The translations under genes were made by a program, and so were the position numbers. This document shows positions 41,317 through 53,597 of a stretch of 64,000 nucleotides of DNA, piece by piece. The stretch spans positions 81 through 64,080 of the forward strand of contig CAVPWX010000013.1 of NCBI GenBank assembly GCA_963709605.1. Reading direction: 5' to 3'. Position 1 is the stretch's first letter, and each line of letters starts with the position of its first letter. Under the pieces are notes generated by a model. That model searched no databases. It was not told the origin of the DNA and saw nothing but the letters and a program-made list of their open reading frames with translations. Source of the stretch: an uncultured Chloroflexia bacterium (GTDB lineage: Bacteria > Chloroflexota > Limnocylindria > Limnocylindrales > CSP1-4).

Positions 41317-42405
41317 TCACGCAGGCGGGCGCTCGGCCTCCAGGGCAACCCAGTCGCCCTCGGCGTCCCGGCGCGCGACATGCATGCCTGCCGCCTCGAA
41401 GGCGGCATGGACCTCGCTCTCACGGTCGACGAAGATGCCCGAGGCAAGGAGCCGGCCGGCCGGCGCGAGCTCGGCCGCGAGCAGGCCGGCGAGTGCCACC
41501 AGCACGGACGCGATGAGGTTCGCCGCCACGAGGTCGAACGGCCCGTCGCCCGTGGGGAGCGAGCCCTGGCGCGCCCGGAGCCGCCGCGCGAGCCGGTTGC
41601 GCCGGGCGTTGGCGGCCGTCGCCTCGATCGCGATCGGGTCGGTGTCCACGCCGAGGAGCTCGCCGGCCCCCAGCAGCCCGGCCGCGATCGCCAGGATCCC
41701 GGAGCCGCAGCCGACGTCGAGAAGGCGGGCCCGCCCGTCGGGCGCGCCCCCCCGGCCGAGGAGCCCCTCGTCGGCCCAGCGCTCGATCCCGGCGAGGCAG
41801 AGGCGGGTCGTCGGGTGGAGCCCGGTCCCGAAGGCCATCCCGGGATCCATCGCGATCACCGTGTCGCCCGGGCGCCGGTGGTGGCGGCGCCACGTCGGCC
41901 GGATCACGATGCCCCGCCCGATCCGCATGACCCGGACGTGGCGCTTCCACGCGCTCGCCCAGTCGGACTCGTGGACGACCTGCGTCCGGAGCTCCCCGAT
42001 GTCGCGCAGCCCGAAGGCCTGGAGGTGGCCGAGCGCACGGTCGACCTCTTCCGTCGCCCGGCGGACGGCGCCGGCGTCGCGGGCCGGAAGGTAGGCCCGC
42101 ACGGTCGCGGGGGCGGTGGGATCGACGGCCGCGCCGAGGCCCTCGTCGAGGAGCGTGAAGCCGGCCTCGACGCTCACGCCCCCCGGCGCGACGCGGGCGA
42201 GGATCTCGCTGACCGCTTCGACGGCCTCCGCGTCGCAGGCGACCGCCAGCTCCAGCCAGGCCTCCTCGCCGACGAGGCCGTCGAGCGCCGGGTCGGCCGT
42301 GCCGGCGGCCGTTGCGGGGCCCCCGGTCGTTGCGGGGCCCCCGGTCGCCGGGTCCGGCCCGAGGCCCCCGGTCGCCGGGTCCGGGCCGAGGCCCGCCGGC
42401 GTCAC
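41317..42405 (-). CDS. prmA: Ribosomal protein L11 methyltransferase
   Basis: DWASAWK, DPGMAFGTGLHPTT, LDVGCGSGILAI, VAANL; GTG overlaps dnaJ stop. Confidence 0.93.
   Translation of the reverse strand: MTPAGLGPDPATGGLGPDPATGGPATTGGPATAAGTADPALDGLVGEEAWLELAVACDAEAVEAVSEILARVAPGGVSVEAGFTLLDEGLGAAVDPTAPATVRAYLPARDAGAVRRATEEVDRALGHLQAFGLRDIGELRTQVVHESDWASAWKRHVRVMRIGRGIVIRPTWRRHHRRPGDTVIAMDPGMAFGTGLHPTTRLCLAGIERWADEGLLGRGGAPDGRARLLDVGCGSGILAIAAGLLGAGELLGVDTDPIAIEATAANARRNRLARRLRARQGSLPTGDGPFDLVAANLIASVLVALAGLLAAELAPAGRLLASGIFVDRESEVHAAFEAAGMHVARRDAEGDWVALEAERPPA
42311..42394. repeat. Nested 27-bp (x2) and 18-bp (x2) tandem repeats in the PrmA N-terminus
   Basis: Encode GLGPDPATG-GLGPDPATG-GPATTG-GPATAA. 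Confidence 0.75.
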
Positions 42406-43532
42406 CCCAGGGCGTCCTTGAGCCGGTCGAGCACGCCGCCCCTCCCGCCGCCGACGTTCGTCTCGCCCGAGGCCGCCGCGTAGGCCTCGAGCGCCTCGCG
42501 CTGCTCGCGCGAGAGCTTCGTCGGCACGCGGACGTCCACGAGCACGTGCAGATCGCCGCGGGCCCCGGCCCGGCGCAGGTGCGGGGCGCCGCGCCCCCGC
42601 AGCCGGATCTCCGTCCCGGGCTGGGTGCCGGGCTTGATCTCGATCTCCTCCTCGCCCTCGGCCGTCGGAACCCGCACGGTCGTGCCGAGAGCGGCCTGGG
42701 CGATCGAGATGTCGAGCTCGTGGTAGAGCTCGGTCCCCTCGCGGCGGAGATGCGGGTGGGCGGTGACGTGAATGGCCACGTACAGACTGCCCGGCGGGCC
42801 GCCCCGCGGGCCCACCTCGCCCTCGGCCGAGAGCCGGATCTGGTGGCCGTCGTCGATGCCGGCCGGCACGGCGACGCGCAGCCGCTTCGTGCGCTTCGTG
42901 CGCCCCTCGCCGCTGCAGGTCTCGCAGGGCGACTCGACGATCTTCCCCTCGCCGCGGCAGCGCGGACAGGTGACCACGTTGACCATCTGCCCCAGCATCG
43001 TCTGGCGGACGTGGCGGATCTCGCCCCGGCCACCGCACTGGGGGCACGCCTGCGATGCGGTACCGCTCTTCGCGCCGCTCCCTGAGCACGCGGCGCAGCG
43101 GTCGAGGACCGGGAACTCGATCTCCTTCTCGGTGCCCCGGATTGACTCCTCGAAGGTGATCCGGAGGTCGTAGCGGAGGTCGGATCCGACGGCCGGGCGT
43201 CCCCGGCGGACGCCGCCGGCGGCACTCCCCCCGAAGAAGGCGTCGAAGAGGTCGGAGAAGGCGCCGAAACCGGCGCCGGCGCCCGGCTCGAAGCCGCCCG
43301 GTCCCGCGCCGACGCCGGCCCGGCCGAACATGTCGTAGGCCTGCCGCCGCTGAGGGTCGGACAGGACCTGGTAGGCCTCGTTGATCTCCTTGAAGCGCTC
43401 GTCGGCCTGGTCCGCCCGGTTCACGTCCGGGTGCCACTGCTGGGCGAGCTTGCGGAAGGCCTTCTTGATGTCGGCGTCGGTGGCGCCGCGCTCGACGCCG
43501 AGGATGTCGTAGTAGTCGCGCTGGGTGGTCAT
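42402..43532 (-). CDS. dnaJ: Chaperone DnaJ
   Basis: DYYDILGV, WHPD, G/F region, four CxxCxGxG repeats. Confidence 0.96.
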   Translation of the reverse strand: MTTQRDYYDILGVERGATDADIKKAFRKLAQQWHPDVNRADQADERFKEINEAYQVLSDPQRRQAYDMFGRAGVGAGPGGFEPGAGAGFGAFSDLFDAFFGGSAAGGVRRGRPAVGSDLRYDLRITFEESIRGTEKEIEFPVLDRCAACSGSGAKSGTASQACPQCGGRGEIRHVRQTMLGQMVNVVTCPRCRGEGKIVESPCETCSGEGRTKRTKRLRVAVPAGIDDGHQIRLSAEGEVGPRGGPPGSLYVAIHVTAHPHLRREGTELYHELDISIAQAALGTTVRVPTAEGEEEIEIKPGTQPGTEIRLRGRGAPHLRRAGARGDLHVLVDVRVPTKLSREQREALEAYAAASGETNVGGGRGGVLDRLKDALG

Positions 43533-43905
43533 CTGCGAGGCGAAGTCTACGGGGAGCGACCCTGACGGTCCGGGCGACGGGGCACCGCCGGCACCGCGGG
43601 CCCTCGTCGTCCCGTCGGGCCGGCCGCGGGACGGGGCCGGCTCCGCCCGCGGGCGCCGCCGTTCTCCGCCGGCGATCCCCCCGGGGATCGGGGCGCCCCG
43701 CTCCGAGCGTGGAACCCTGCGCGAAGCCGCCGGATCGGCCCGTTCGGGCCGGCGTTCCGTGCGGCGAGCGGCTGATGGCGATCCCGGGGAGGATCGCGGG
43801 GGCGACCGGTGCAGGCGCGGCGGGCGCCACCGGCGCGGCGGCGCGGCGCGGCGCCAGACCGGCGGGTGCAGGCGCGGCGCGGCTCGGCCGCGGCCGCCGG
43901 CGGCG

Positions 43906-44888
43906 TCAGTGCCTCGGCGCAGCCGGGTGCCCGCGTGACCGCCCGCGGCGAGGGCCGCCCCGATGATCCCCGAGGTGTTGAGGAACGTGGCCGTCACGAT
44001 CGGCGCGCGCGACGTCAGCCACTTCGCGTACTTCGCGTGCTCCTTGCTGACCCCGCCGCCGAGGATGACGAGGTCGGGCCAGAACCACCTCTCCAGGAGG
44101 GCGAGGTACTCGCTGAACTCGCGGGCCCAGCGCCGCCAGCCGAGCTTGCGCCGCTCGCGCGCCGCGCCGGAGACCAGCAGCTCACCGTCCTTGCCGCGGT
44201 ACGTGATGTGCCCGAACTCGGTCGAGTCGAGGAGCCGCCCGTCGACGAGGAGGGCGCTCCCGATCCCGGTCCCGATCGTGAGGAGAAGGACCGTGCCGGG
44301 GACGCCCTTCGCCGCGCCGAAGGCGACCTCCGCGAGCCCGGCCGCGTCCGCGTCGTTGATGAGGCGGACGGGACGCCCGATGCGGACCCCGAGGGTCTCC
44401 CGCACCGGGTAGTCGACCCACGAGGCGTCGATGTTCGCGGCCGTCTTGAGGAAGCCGCCCTTCACGACGCCGGGGAGGCCGACGCCGGCCGGCATGTCGG
44501 GGCCGACGTGACCGCCCTCGACGAGGCGGTCGACGATTCGGCCGGCGACCTCGATGACCGCCTCCGGGGTGGCCGGCTGCGGGGTCTTCTCGCGGATTCG
44601 CGGCGAGACGAGCTCGCCGGTCGCGAGGTCGACGACGGCGGCCTTCACGCCGGTCCCGCCGACGTCGATCCCGATCGCACGGTGGTGGAGCGGCCGAGGC
44701 GCAGGTGCGGGCCCCGGCGCAGGTGCGGGCCCCGGCGCCGGCTCGGGGGCCGAATTGGGCCTGGGTGCGGATGGGACGATGGGCGCCCCGGGGACCGCCT
44801 CGGGTGCCCGCTCGGGCTCGGTCGCCGGCGGCTCCGGCTCCGGCGCCGCGTCGGCCGGGGGCGTCGGGGCGGCCTTCGGCTTGCTCAT
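43906..44888 (-). CDS. ppgK: Polyphosphate glucokinase (ROK family) with Pro/Ala-rich N-terminus; 3' end uncertain
   Basis: GIDVGGTGVK, TPQPATP, TAANID.SW, INDADAAGLAE, TIGTGIGSA, TEFGH, LGGGVSK; no in-frame stop before dnaJ in this sequence. Confidence 0.82.
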
Positions 44889-44919
44889 GCGCGGAGGATA
44901 GCGTGCCGGCCGACCGGCC

Positions 44920-45067
44920 TCAGAGCGAGCCGCGCGGGGCCGCCCAGCGGATCGGCTGGCCGGTCAGCACGGCGATCGTGTCGTCGTCCGAGTCGTGGTG
45001 CAGGAGCGTCATCCGGCCAGCTCGGCGGCGGCGATCAGCAGGTCGGCATGCTTCACGCGGCGGACCC
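44920..45067 (-). pseudogene. C-terminal remnant of a PIN-domain (VapC-like) gene
   Basis: Two adjoining frames give VKHADLLIAAAELAG / MTLLHHDSDDDTIAVLTGQPIRWAAPRGSL*, matching the DLLIAA..E...TxLHYDxD...I...TGQP..W.. tail of VapC proteins; no N-terminal part. Confidence 0.7.
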
Positions 45068-45868
45068 CTACTTCAGCAGGAGCCGCTCCAGGCGCCGCGA
45101 GGTGATCGCGAGGCCGACAAGGCCCATCGCCGCGAGGTAGGCAACGTGGACCAGGAGGCCTGGCCCGACGTTCCCCGTCGTCAGTCCCCGGATGAGGTCG
45201 ACGCCGTGGTAGAGCGGCGTCAGCTGCACGAGCACCTGGATCGGCTCCGGGTATGTCGTGATCGGGTAGAAGGTGGCGGAGAAGAGGAAGAGTGGCAGGA
45301 TCACCAGCTGGACCAGGTCGAAGTCCTGCCACGTCCGCATGAAGCTCGTGGCCGCCATCCCCGCCGCGCCGAAGGCGAAGCCGACCAGCAGCGCCGCGGG
45401 GAACGCCAGCACCGCCCACGGCGAGAGGACCATGCCCAGCACGACCATCACGAGCAGGAACGCGGCGGCGTAGATCCCGCCCCGGATCAGCGCCCAGCCG
45501 ATCTCGCCGAGCGCCACGTCCCCCACGCCGACCGGCGTCGCGAGGATCGCGTCGTACGTCTTCGCGTAGTTGAGCTTGAAGAAGACGTTGAAGGTCGAGT
45601 CGTAGATCGCCCCGTTCATCGCCGAGGAGGCCAGGAGCGCCGGGGCGACGAAGGCCGTGTAGGGGATCTCCCCGCCGTCGACCGTCACCCCGCCGACGAG
45701 GGCGCCGATGCCGAGCCCGATCGAGAGGAGGTAGAAGAGGGGCTCGAAGAAGCCCGAGACGATGATCAGCCAGCCCCGCCGGTAGACGAGCAGGTTCCGC
45801 TCGATGAGGAGGCCGGCACGGCGGCCGCCGAAGAGGACGGGCGGCGCGATGCGGGCGAGGAGGGTCAT
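45068..45868 (-). CDS. ABC-2 type exporter permease (NodJ-like)
   Basis: Multi-TM; FVAPALLAS, ILATP, PLFLFSATFYP, PLYHGVDL. Confidence 0.9.
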   Translation of the reverse strand: MTLLARIAPPVLFGGRRAGLLIERNLLVYRRGWLIIVSGFFEPLFYLLSIGLGIGALVGGVTVDGGEIPYTAFVAPALLASSAMNGAIYDSTFNVFFKLNYAKTYDAILATPVGVGDVALGEIGWALIRGGIYAAAFLLVMVVLGMVLSPWAVLAFPAALLVGFAFGAAGMAATSFMRTWQDFDLVQLVILPLFLFSATFYPITTYPEPIQVLVQLTPLYHGVDLIRGLTTGNVGPGLLVHVAYLAAMGLVGLAITSRRLERLLLK

Positions 45869-45908
45869 CGGCCGGGCCTCGGAGCGGCCGCGAGCGCCGT
45901 GCGCCCGC

Positions 45909-46712
45909 TCACTTCACGAGCCGCCGGCGGAAGGCGACGAAGGCGGCCCAGACGCCCAGCCCGGTCATCGTCCCGAGGTACGCCAGGTGGATCGCCGTCA
46001 GGGCCGGCTCCGCCGTCCCGAGCGCGAGCGAGCGGCACAGGTCGACCCCGTGCCAGAGCGGGGTCAGCACGGCGACGACCTGGAGCAGCTCCGGCAGCTG
46101 GCTGATCGGGAAGAACGTCCCCGAGAAGAGGAAGAGCGGGATGACCCCGAATCGGAAGAGGCTGTTGAAGCCGTTGGCGTCCTTCTGCGTCGCCGAGAAC
46201 GCCGCGATCGGGGCCGCGAACGCCAGCCCGGTGAGGAGGGCCGCGGGCACCGCGAGGAGGGCCGCCGGGCGGCTGATCGCGCCGAACGCCACGGTGACGA
46301 GGAAGAAGACGCTCGTCACCAGCAGGAGACGGAGCCCGATGTAGGCGAGCTTGCCTATCACCACGTCGGCCGTCCGGATCGGCGTCGCCAGCATCCCGTG
46401 GTAGCTCTTGACCCAGACGATGCCGGCCATCACCGGGAAGGTCGACTCGCTGGCCGCTGTCTGCATGGCGGTCGAGGCGAGGAGCCCCGGGGCCAGGAAT
46501 GCGAGATAGGTCACGCCGGCCAGCGCGGCGGCGCTCGCGCCGGGCGTCGACGTGCCCGCCGCCGCGCTCGCGTCGACGAGGCTGCCGAGTCCCAGGCCCA
46601 TCGCCGCCAGGAACAGGACCGGGTTCAGGAACGAGGAGAAGAGGCTCCCCCGCCAGACGCGGCGGTAGACGAGCAGCTCGTGCTCGAGGACCCGCACCGC
46701 CGGCGCCGCCAC
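45909..46712 (-). CDS. ABC-2 type exporter permease (NodJ-like)
   Basis: Multi-TM; FLAPGLLAS, MLATP, PLFLFSGTFFP, PLWHGVDL. Confidence 0.9.
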   Translation of the reverse strand: MAAPAVRVLEHELLVYRRVWRGSLFSSFLNPVLFLAAMGLGLGSLVDASAAAGTSTPGASAAALAGVTYLAFLAPGLLASTAMQTAASESTFPVMAGIVWVKSYHGMLATPIRTADVVIGKLAYIGLRLLLVTSVFFLVTVAFGAISRPAALLAVPAALLTGLAFAAPIAAFSATQKDANGFNSLFRFGVIPLFLFSGTFFPISQLPELLQVVAVLTPLWHGVDLCRSLALGTAEPALTAIHLAYLGTMTGLGVWAAFVAFRRRLVK

Positions 46713-46725
46713 TCCCCCTCCCTCC

Positions 46726-47664
46726 TCAGTCGACGAGGCTGCGGCCGGTGAGCCGGAGGAAGACGTCCTCGAGCGAGGAGCGCCGGACCAGGACCATCTC
46801 CGGGCGGAGGCCGCGGGCGTGGGCCTGCTCGGACGCAGCCTCGCCGTCGTCGGCGTAGACGAGGACGCGGTCCGGCAGGCGCTCCACCCGCTCGCCGAGG
46901 CCCTCGAGCTGCCCGTCGAGCGTCTCCTGGACGCCGACCGGGAACCGCATCTCGAGGACCTCGCGGGTCGAATGCTCCTCGATGAGCCGGCGTGGGCTCC
47001 CCTCGGCGACGATCTTCGCGTGGTCCATCACCACGAGGCGGTCGCAGAGCTGCTCGGCCTCGTCCATGTAGTGGGTGGTCAGGACGAGGGTCACGCCCCG
47101 CTGCTTCAGGCGGTAGAGGCGGTCCCAGAGCAGGTGCCGGGCCTGGGGGTCGAGGCCGGTCGTGGGCTCGTCGAGGAGGAGCAGGTCCGGCTCGTTGACG
47201 AGGCTGCGGGCGATCGTGAGGCGGCGCTTCATGCCCCCCGAGAGCGGCTCGACCTGGTCCTTCGAGCGCTCCGTCAGCTGGACGAAGTCGAGGAGCTCGT
47301 CGACGCGCTGGCGGATCACCGGTCGCGGGAGGTCGAAGTAGCGGCCGTAGATCAGCAGGTTCTCGCGGACCGTCAGCTCCATGTCCAGGGTGTCCTGCTG
47401 GGGGACGACGCCGATCCGGGCCCGGATCCGGGGACCATCGGCCAGCGGGTCCATCCCCAGCACGCGGAGCGTGCCGCCGGTCAGTGGGGAGACGCAGGCG
47501 ATCATCCGCATCGCGCTGGTCTTGCCGGCCCCGTTGGGGCCCAGGAAGCCGAAGGACTCGCCGGGCGCCACGTCGAAGTCGATCGCGTCGACCGCGGTGA
47601 ACCCGCCGAACCGCTTCGTCAGGCCGCGGGCATGGATGAGAGAGCTGCTCGGGGCCTCCGTCAT
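46726..47664 (-). CDS. ABC exporter ATP-binding protein (NodI-like)
   Basis: [33 protein letters not shown]. Confidence 0.95.
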   Translation of the reverse strand: MTEAPSSSLIHARGLTKRFGGFTAVDAIDFDVAPGESFGFLGPNGAGKTSAMRMIACVSPLTGGTLRVLGMDPLADGPRIRARIGVVPQQDTLDMELTVRENLLIYGRYFDLPRPVIRQRVDELLDFVQLTERSKDQVEPLSGGMKRRLTIARSLVNEPDLLLLDEPTTGLDPQARHLLWDRLYRLKQRGVTLVLTTHYMDEAEQLCDRLVVMDHAKIVAEGSPRRLIEEHSTREVLEMRFPVGVQETLDGQLEGLGERVERLPDRVLVYADDGEAASEQAHARGLRPEMVLVRRSSLEDVFLRLTGRSLVD

Positions 47665-47683
47665 GGGACGGGGAGTGTACCCC

Positions 47684-49519
47684 TCAGCGGACGACGATCG
47701 GTTGTGCCGAATCCCATGGCCCGGGTGGCAGCCGGCCGGCGAAGAGGCGTGCAGCGAGGGGTTCCGTGTCAAGCACCTCGACCGCGACCAGCGGGCGCGG
47801 CGCGCCGCCGGTCTCGCGGGGTGGCGTGGCCAGGTAGAGGAGCCGACCGTCGGGGCTCAACGCCATCGCGGCATACGGCTCGGGCGAGGTCGGCAGCGAG
47901 CCACGCGAGACCAGGTCGACCCCGGAGACGACCTCGATCCAGGCTCCTCGTCCGTCGGCGTCGGGCGCCAGCAGGTAGAGGCGATCCGCCGCGACGTCGA
48001 TCCCCACGACCGGTCGCGACGCCGGCCCGGGGTCCGCGACCCCGGGGTCGCCCGTCCCCGTCGGTCGGTCCCACCCGAGCGCCACCGAGTCGGCCACGGC
48101 ACGTGCGTGGGGCGGGGCGAGCAGGTCGATGGCCCAGAGGAGGCGGGTCGCCGGCTCCCAGCGGTAGTAGCGGCCGCGCAGGCGATCGATCGCCTCGCCG
48201 TCGCCGGCCAGCAGGAGCGCGTCGGCGACGCCGCTCGCGGCGTTGAAGAGCGTCTCGTCCACGACGGCAGCCCGGACGGACGCACCGCCCGAACCCGGGT
48301 CGGCGGCAGCCGCGGGGAGCATGACCCGTCGGAAGACGGAGGGCCGGCCGGCGCAGACGAGGTAGAGCGTCTCGTCCGTGGCCCAGCCCTCGCCGAGCGC
48401 GCCCCCGCAGGCCGTCCCATCGTCCCGGGCCACGTCGGCGGGCCCGGTCGCGTTGGAGGTGACCTCCGGCGGCAGGGCCCGGGCCTCCCCGACTGCGCCG
48501 CCGGCCGCCGCCCCGGCGTCGATGCGCAGGACTGCCAGCCGCCGCACGCTGGGCGCCGGCGAGGTCCTCGTCACGGTCACCCCGACGAGGGCCGTGCCGC
48601 CGTCCGGGGAGACGCTCACCGCGAGATCCGCGAGGGATGTCGGCCCCAGCTCGTCCTCGAGCGGCAGCGCCAGCACCTCTCGCGAGCCGGTCGCGACGGC
48701 CGCCCCATCCCCGACGACGTAGCGGTCCAGGCCGACGCGATAGCCGCCGTCGCCGAGGACGGCCCACGCGAGGAGGAGGCTGTCCGGTTCCGCGCCGGGC
48801 GCCGGGGCGACGGCCACCGGGTCGCCGAAGGCGAGGTCCCGCCGTCCGACCAGCTTCGTCAGCGGGACGGCCGGCTCGACGCCCTCTCCGACGCTGGGTG
48901 GCGTGCTCGCCCACGGCTCCGCCGGTGCCGGCCGAGAGCGTCCGAGCGTCACGATCGAGAGGTCGTAGGTGGCCCACGTCGAGCCCGGAGGGCGGCCCTT
49001 CTGCCGGGCCACGCAGACGATTCGCCCGCCGGCCAGCACGAGCGGCCGCTCCAGCTCGCAGCCGGTCGCGACATCGACCGTCCCGGTCCCGAGGTCGATC
49101 CACCGCCCACCGAGAAGGAGATACCGATCGTCGGGGAGCGTCCCGGCAAGGCGAAGCCGTGGGACCGGCGTCCCCGCGACCGCCGGGGGCGTCGCCGACG
49201 GCGAGCCGGCAGGCCCCGGGCTGGCTGCCGGGGAGGCGGGCGGGTCGGCCGGGACGGGCTCCTCGCGGGACGGCACCTTGGGGCCCAGGAGGCCCGCTCC
49301 CACGATCACGACGGCAAGGCCGGCGACCGCGAGGACCGGCAGCCACCTCCCGATCCCCGGGCGACCGGTTCCCGTGCGGCCGGTCCCACCGCCACCGGTC
49401 CCATCGCCGCCGGGCTCCGGGCCCCGACCAGGCGCACCCGCGCCCGGGCCGACGGCGGCGACCTCCTCGATCCCGGCCGCGGCTGCACGCTCCTCGCGGC
49501 TGGATCGCTGCGTGTCCAT
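47684..49519 (-). CDS. Hypothetical membrane-anchored protein, possible beta-propeller ectodomain
   Basis: Single TM (WLPVLAVAGLAVVIVGAGLL), Pro-rich linker, VSPDGG and LSPDGRLLY blade-like motifs. Confidence 0.65.
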   Translation of the reverse strand: MDTQRSSREERAAAAGIEEVAAVGPGAGAPGRGPEPGGDGTGGGGTGRTGTGRPGIGRWLPVLAVAGLAVVIVGAGLLGPKVPSREEPVPADPPASPAASPGPAGSPSATPPAVAGTPVPRLRLAGTLPDDRYLLLGGRWIDLGTGTVDVATGCELERPLVLAGGRIVCVARQKGRPPGSTWATYDLSIVTLGRSRPAPAEPWASTPPSVGEGVEPAVPLTKLVGRRDLAFGDPVAVAPAPGAEPDSLLLAWAVLGDGGYRVGLDRYVVGDGAAVATGSREVLALPLEDELGPTSLADLAVSVSPDGGTALVGVTVTRTSPAPSVRRLAVLRIDAGAAAGGAVGEARALPPEVTSNATGPADVARDDGTACGGALGEGWATDETLYLVCAGRPSVFRRVMLPAAAADPGSGGASVRAAVVDETLFNAASGVADALLLAGDGEAIDRLRGRYYRWEPATRLLWAIDLLAPPHARAVADSVALGWDRPTGTGDPGVADPGPASRPVVGIDVAADRLYLLAPDADGRGAWIEVVSGVDLVSRGSLPTSPEPYAAMALSPDGRLLYLATPPRETGGAPRPLVAVEVLDTEPLAARLFAGRLPPGPWDSAQPIVVR

Positions 49520-49675
49520 GCCCTCCATTCGCGCGGGCGCGCAATCCGGTTCGGGCCCGACATCCTCACGGTGCGCCCCGATCGCGCCGACGGCAGATGG
49601 CCGGGAATCCCGAGGCCCGGGGATCGCCCGGGCCTCGCGTGGTGCGCCGAGAGCGCGGACGCGCCGCGGCCCCCG

Positions 49676-51604
<1,929 letters not shown>

Positions 51605-51666
51605 TGGATCGTGCTGCTCCTCTCGCGGGGTGGTTTCGTGGTTCGGGGTTGTTGCGGTGGTGGTCG

Positions 51667-52293
51667 TCAGTTCGGCCGGTCGGCCGGCCCGCCGGATCCG
51701 TCGCTGACCGCGACGAGGGCCGGGCGAAGGACCCGATCGCGGATCCGGTAGCCTCGCCGGATCTCGCCCACGACCTCGTCCTCGGGACGGCCGGTGCCCG
51801 GCACGTGGGCCACGGCTTCGTGGACCTGGGGGTCGAACGGCCGGCCGAGAGCCTCGATGGGCGTCACGCCCTCGCTCTCGAGGAGGCTGCGCAGCTTCCG
51901 GTCGATGGCGGCGATCCCCTCCAGCCAGGGCGTCTCGCGCGCCTCGGCCGGGACGTGCTCGATCGCGAGGTCGAAGTCGTCGGCGAGGGCCACGACCTTC
52001 GTCAGCAGCACCTCGTTGGCGAGGCCGAGCATGGCATCGCGCTCCTCCGCGCTGCGGCGCCTGAGATTCGCGTAGTCGGCCTGGGCGCGCTGGGCCAGGG
52101 CCAGGTGCTCGGCGGCCTTCTCGAGCGCGGCGTCGCGCTCCGCCGTGAGGGCCTCGACCTGGGCGACGAGGGCCGTCGGGCTGACGTCGAGCTCGGCGAT
52201 CCGCTCCTCGGCGCGGGTCCGGCGGTGAGGGGCGCGCTCGTCCACCCGCGGGAGGCGGTCCGGCTGGTCGGGCTGGTCGGGCTTGCTGGGCAT
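51667..52293 (-). CDS. grpE: Nucleotide exchange factor GrpE
   Basis: [32 protein letters not shown]. Confidence 0.95.
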   Translation of the reverse strand: MPSKPDQPDQPDRLPRVDERAPHRRTRAEERIAELDVSPTALVAQVEALTAERDAALEKAAEHLALAQRAQADYANLRRRSAEERDAMLGLANEVLLTKVVALADDFDLAIEHVPAEARETPWLEGIAAIDRKLRSLLESEGVTPIEALGRPFDPQVHEAVAHVPGTGRPEDEVVGEIRRGYRIRDRVLRPALVAVSDGSGGPADRPN

Positions 52294-52310
52294 GCGGCGT
52301 CCCCGGTGCT

Positions 52311-53384
52311 TCAGGCGTACAGGTGGTCGACGAGATCGTTCATGAGGCCGGCGACGAAGCGGACCGAGCCGATGGCCTGCGGGTAGCGAAGGCGCGTGGG
52401 GCCCAGGACGCCCACCACGCCGACGGCGGCCCCCGGGCGGCCGTAGGGGGCCAGGACGAGGGTGACGTCGGCCATCTCCTCCGGCGGGTTCTCGCGCCCG
52501 ATGAAGACCCGCAGCTCGCCGGCGCGGGTCACGTCCTCGATGAGCTCCCCCAGGTACTGCCGGTTCTCGAGCGCCGTGAACACGCGGCGCAGCTTCGCCG
52601 AGGCGGCGAACTCGGGCTCGGCCATGACGTGGAGGAGGCCGTCGCTGAAGAGCTGCTCCACGGTCGCGGCGTCGAAATCGCGGAGGATCTGCAGGGCCCG
52701 CGCCCCGGCCCGCCGCACCAGCGTGAAGACCGGGTCATCGGCCGGGGCCTCCTCGAACCAGCGCAGCCGCTCGGCGAGGTCGGCGGCGGCGAGGCCGGCA
52801 CAGCTGCGGTTCAGCCGCTGGGCGGCCTCGGCGAGCTCGTCCTCGGTGGTGCCGGGGTCGGTCGCCAGGAGCGCCTGCTTGAGCGACCCCTCGCTCAGGA
52901 CGACGATGAGGCTGGCCATCCGCTCCCCGATCGCCACCAGCTCCAGGCGCCGGATCCGGGCAGCACGTGGCTTGGCCGGGGTGGCGAGGCCGGCGGCGCG
53001 CGTGGCGGAGGCCAGGGTGGTCGCCGCGAGGCGGAACCACTGGTCCGTGGCGAACTCCACCTGCCCGAACTGGTGGCGGATCATGAGCTGCTCGATCGGC
53101 GGGAGCGGCAGGTCGCCGACCAGCGACTCCACGTAGAAGCGGTAGCCGGCGTCGGTCGGGACGCGGCCCGCGGACGTGTGCGGGTGGCCGAGGAAGCCCT
53201 CCCGCTCCAGCTCGGAGAAGACGGTTCGGACCGTCGCGGAGCTCACCCCGAACGGGTAGCGCTCCACGAGGGTCTGCGAGCCCACCGGAGCGGCGGTCGC
53301 CACGTATTCCTCGATGACGGCCCGCAGGATCGCCTGCATTCGGGCGTCGAGCGGACCGCTGCTGCGGCGGATTCCTCGCGCCAC
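52311..53384 (-). CDS. hrcA: Heat-inducible transcription repressor HrcA
   Basis: [39 protein letters not shown]; GTG after GAGGAG. Confidence 0.95.
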   Translation of the reverse strand: MARGIRRSSGPLDARMQAILRAVIEEYVATAAPVGSQTLVERYPFGVSSATVRTVFSELEREGFLGHPHTSAGRVPTDAGYRFYVESLVGDLPLPPIEQLMIRHQFGQVEFATDQWFRLAATTLASATRAAGLATPAKPRAARIRRLELVAIGERMASLIVVLSEGSLKQALLATDPGTTEDELAEAAQRLNRSCAGLAAADLAERLRWFEEAPADDPVFTLVRRAGARALQILRDFDAATVEQLFSDGLLHVMAEPEFAASAKLRRVFTALENRQYLGELIEDVTRAGELRVFIGRENPPEEMADVTLVLAPYGRPGAAVGVVGVLGPTRLRYPQAIGSVRFVAGLMNDLVDHLYA

Positions 53385-53437
53385 GGCACAGCTCCTCTGC
53401 GGGCGGTCCGGGCCCCCGGGACGCCCTGCGATCTTGT

Positions 53438-53464
53438 CTAGCACTCCAATGTGCTGAGTGCTAA
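53438..53464. promoter_or_regulatory. CIRCE element (HrcA operator)
   Basis: Minus strand TTAGCACTC-N9-GAGTGCTAG, one mismatch to consensus, upstream of hrcA-grpE-dnaK. Confidence 0.95.
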
Positions 53465-53477
53465 CGGAAACGGCCGA

Positions 53478-53507
53478 ATCCTAGCAGTCTCGGTGGTCGA
53501 GTGTCAA
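53478..53507 (-). promoter_or_regulatory. Sigma70-type hrcA promoter overlapping a second, degenerate CIRCE
   Basis: TTGACA-18 nt-TAGGAT; the same bases read TTGACACTC-N9-GACTGCTAG. Confidence 0.75.
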
Positions 53508-53597
53508 CGCATCGACGAGGGTCACGCTCGAGGCGGCCGGACGGCCGCAGTCCGTCCGGCACTCCCCCGCGGGCCCCGCCGGCAGTAGCGTGGGGCG

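Noticed and set aside
44697-44740. 18-bp tandem repeat in the ppgK 5' region
   Set aside because: Encodes a simple PAPAPG low-complexity linker; unremarkable here
42402-44888. 828-aa ORF suggesting a PpgK-DnaJ fusion
   Set aside because: The linker is low-complexity Arg/Pro/Gly text typical of non-coding GC-rich DNA, dnaJ has its own -10-like box and ATG, and a stop at 43906 lies in a neighbouring frame; most likely a missed stop from an indel error
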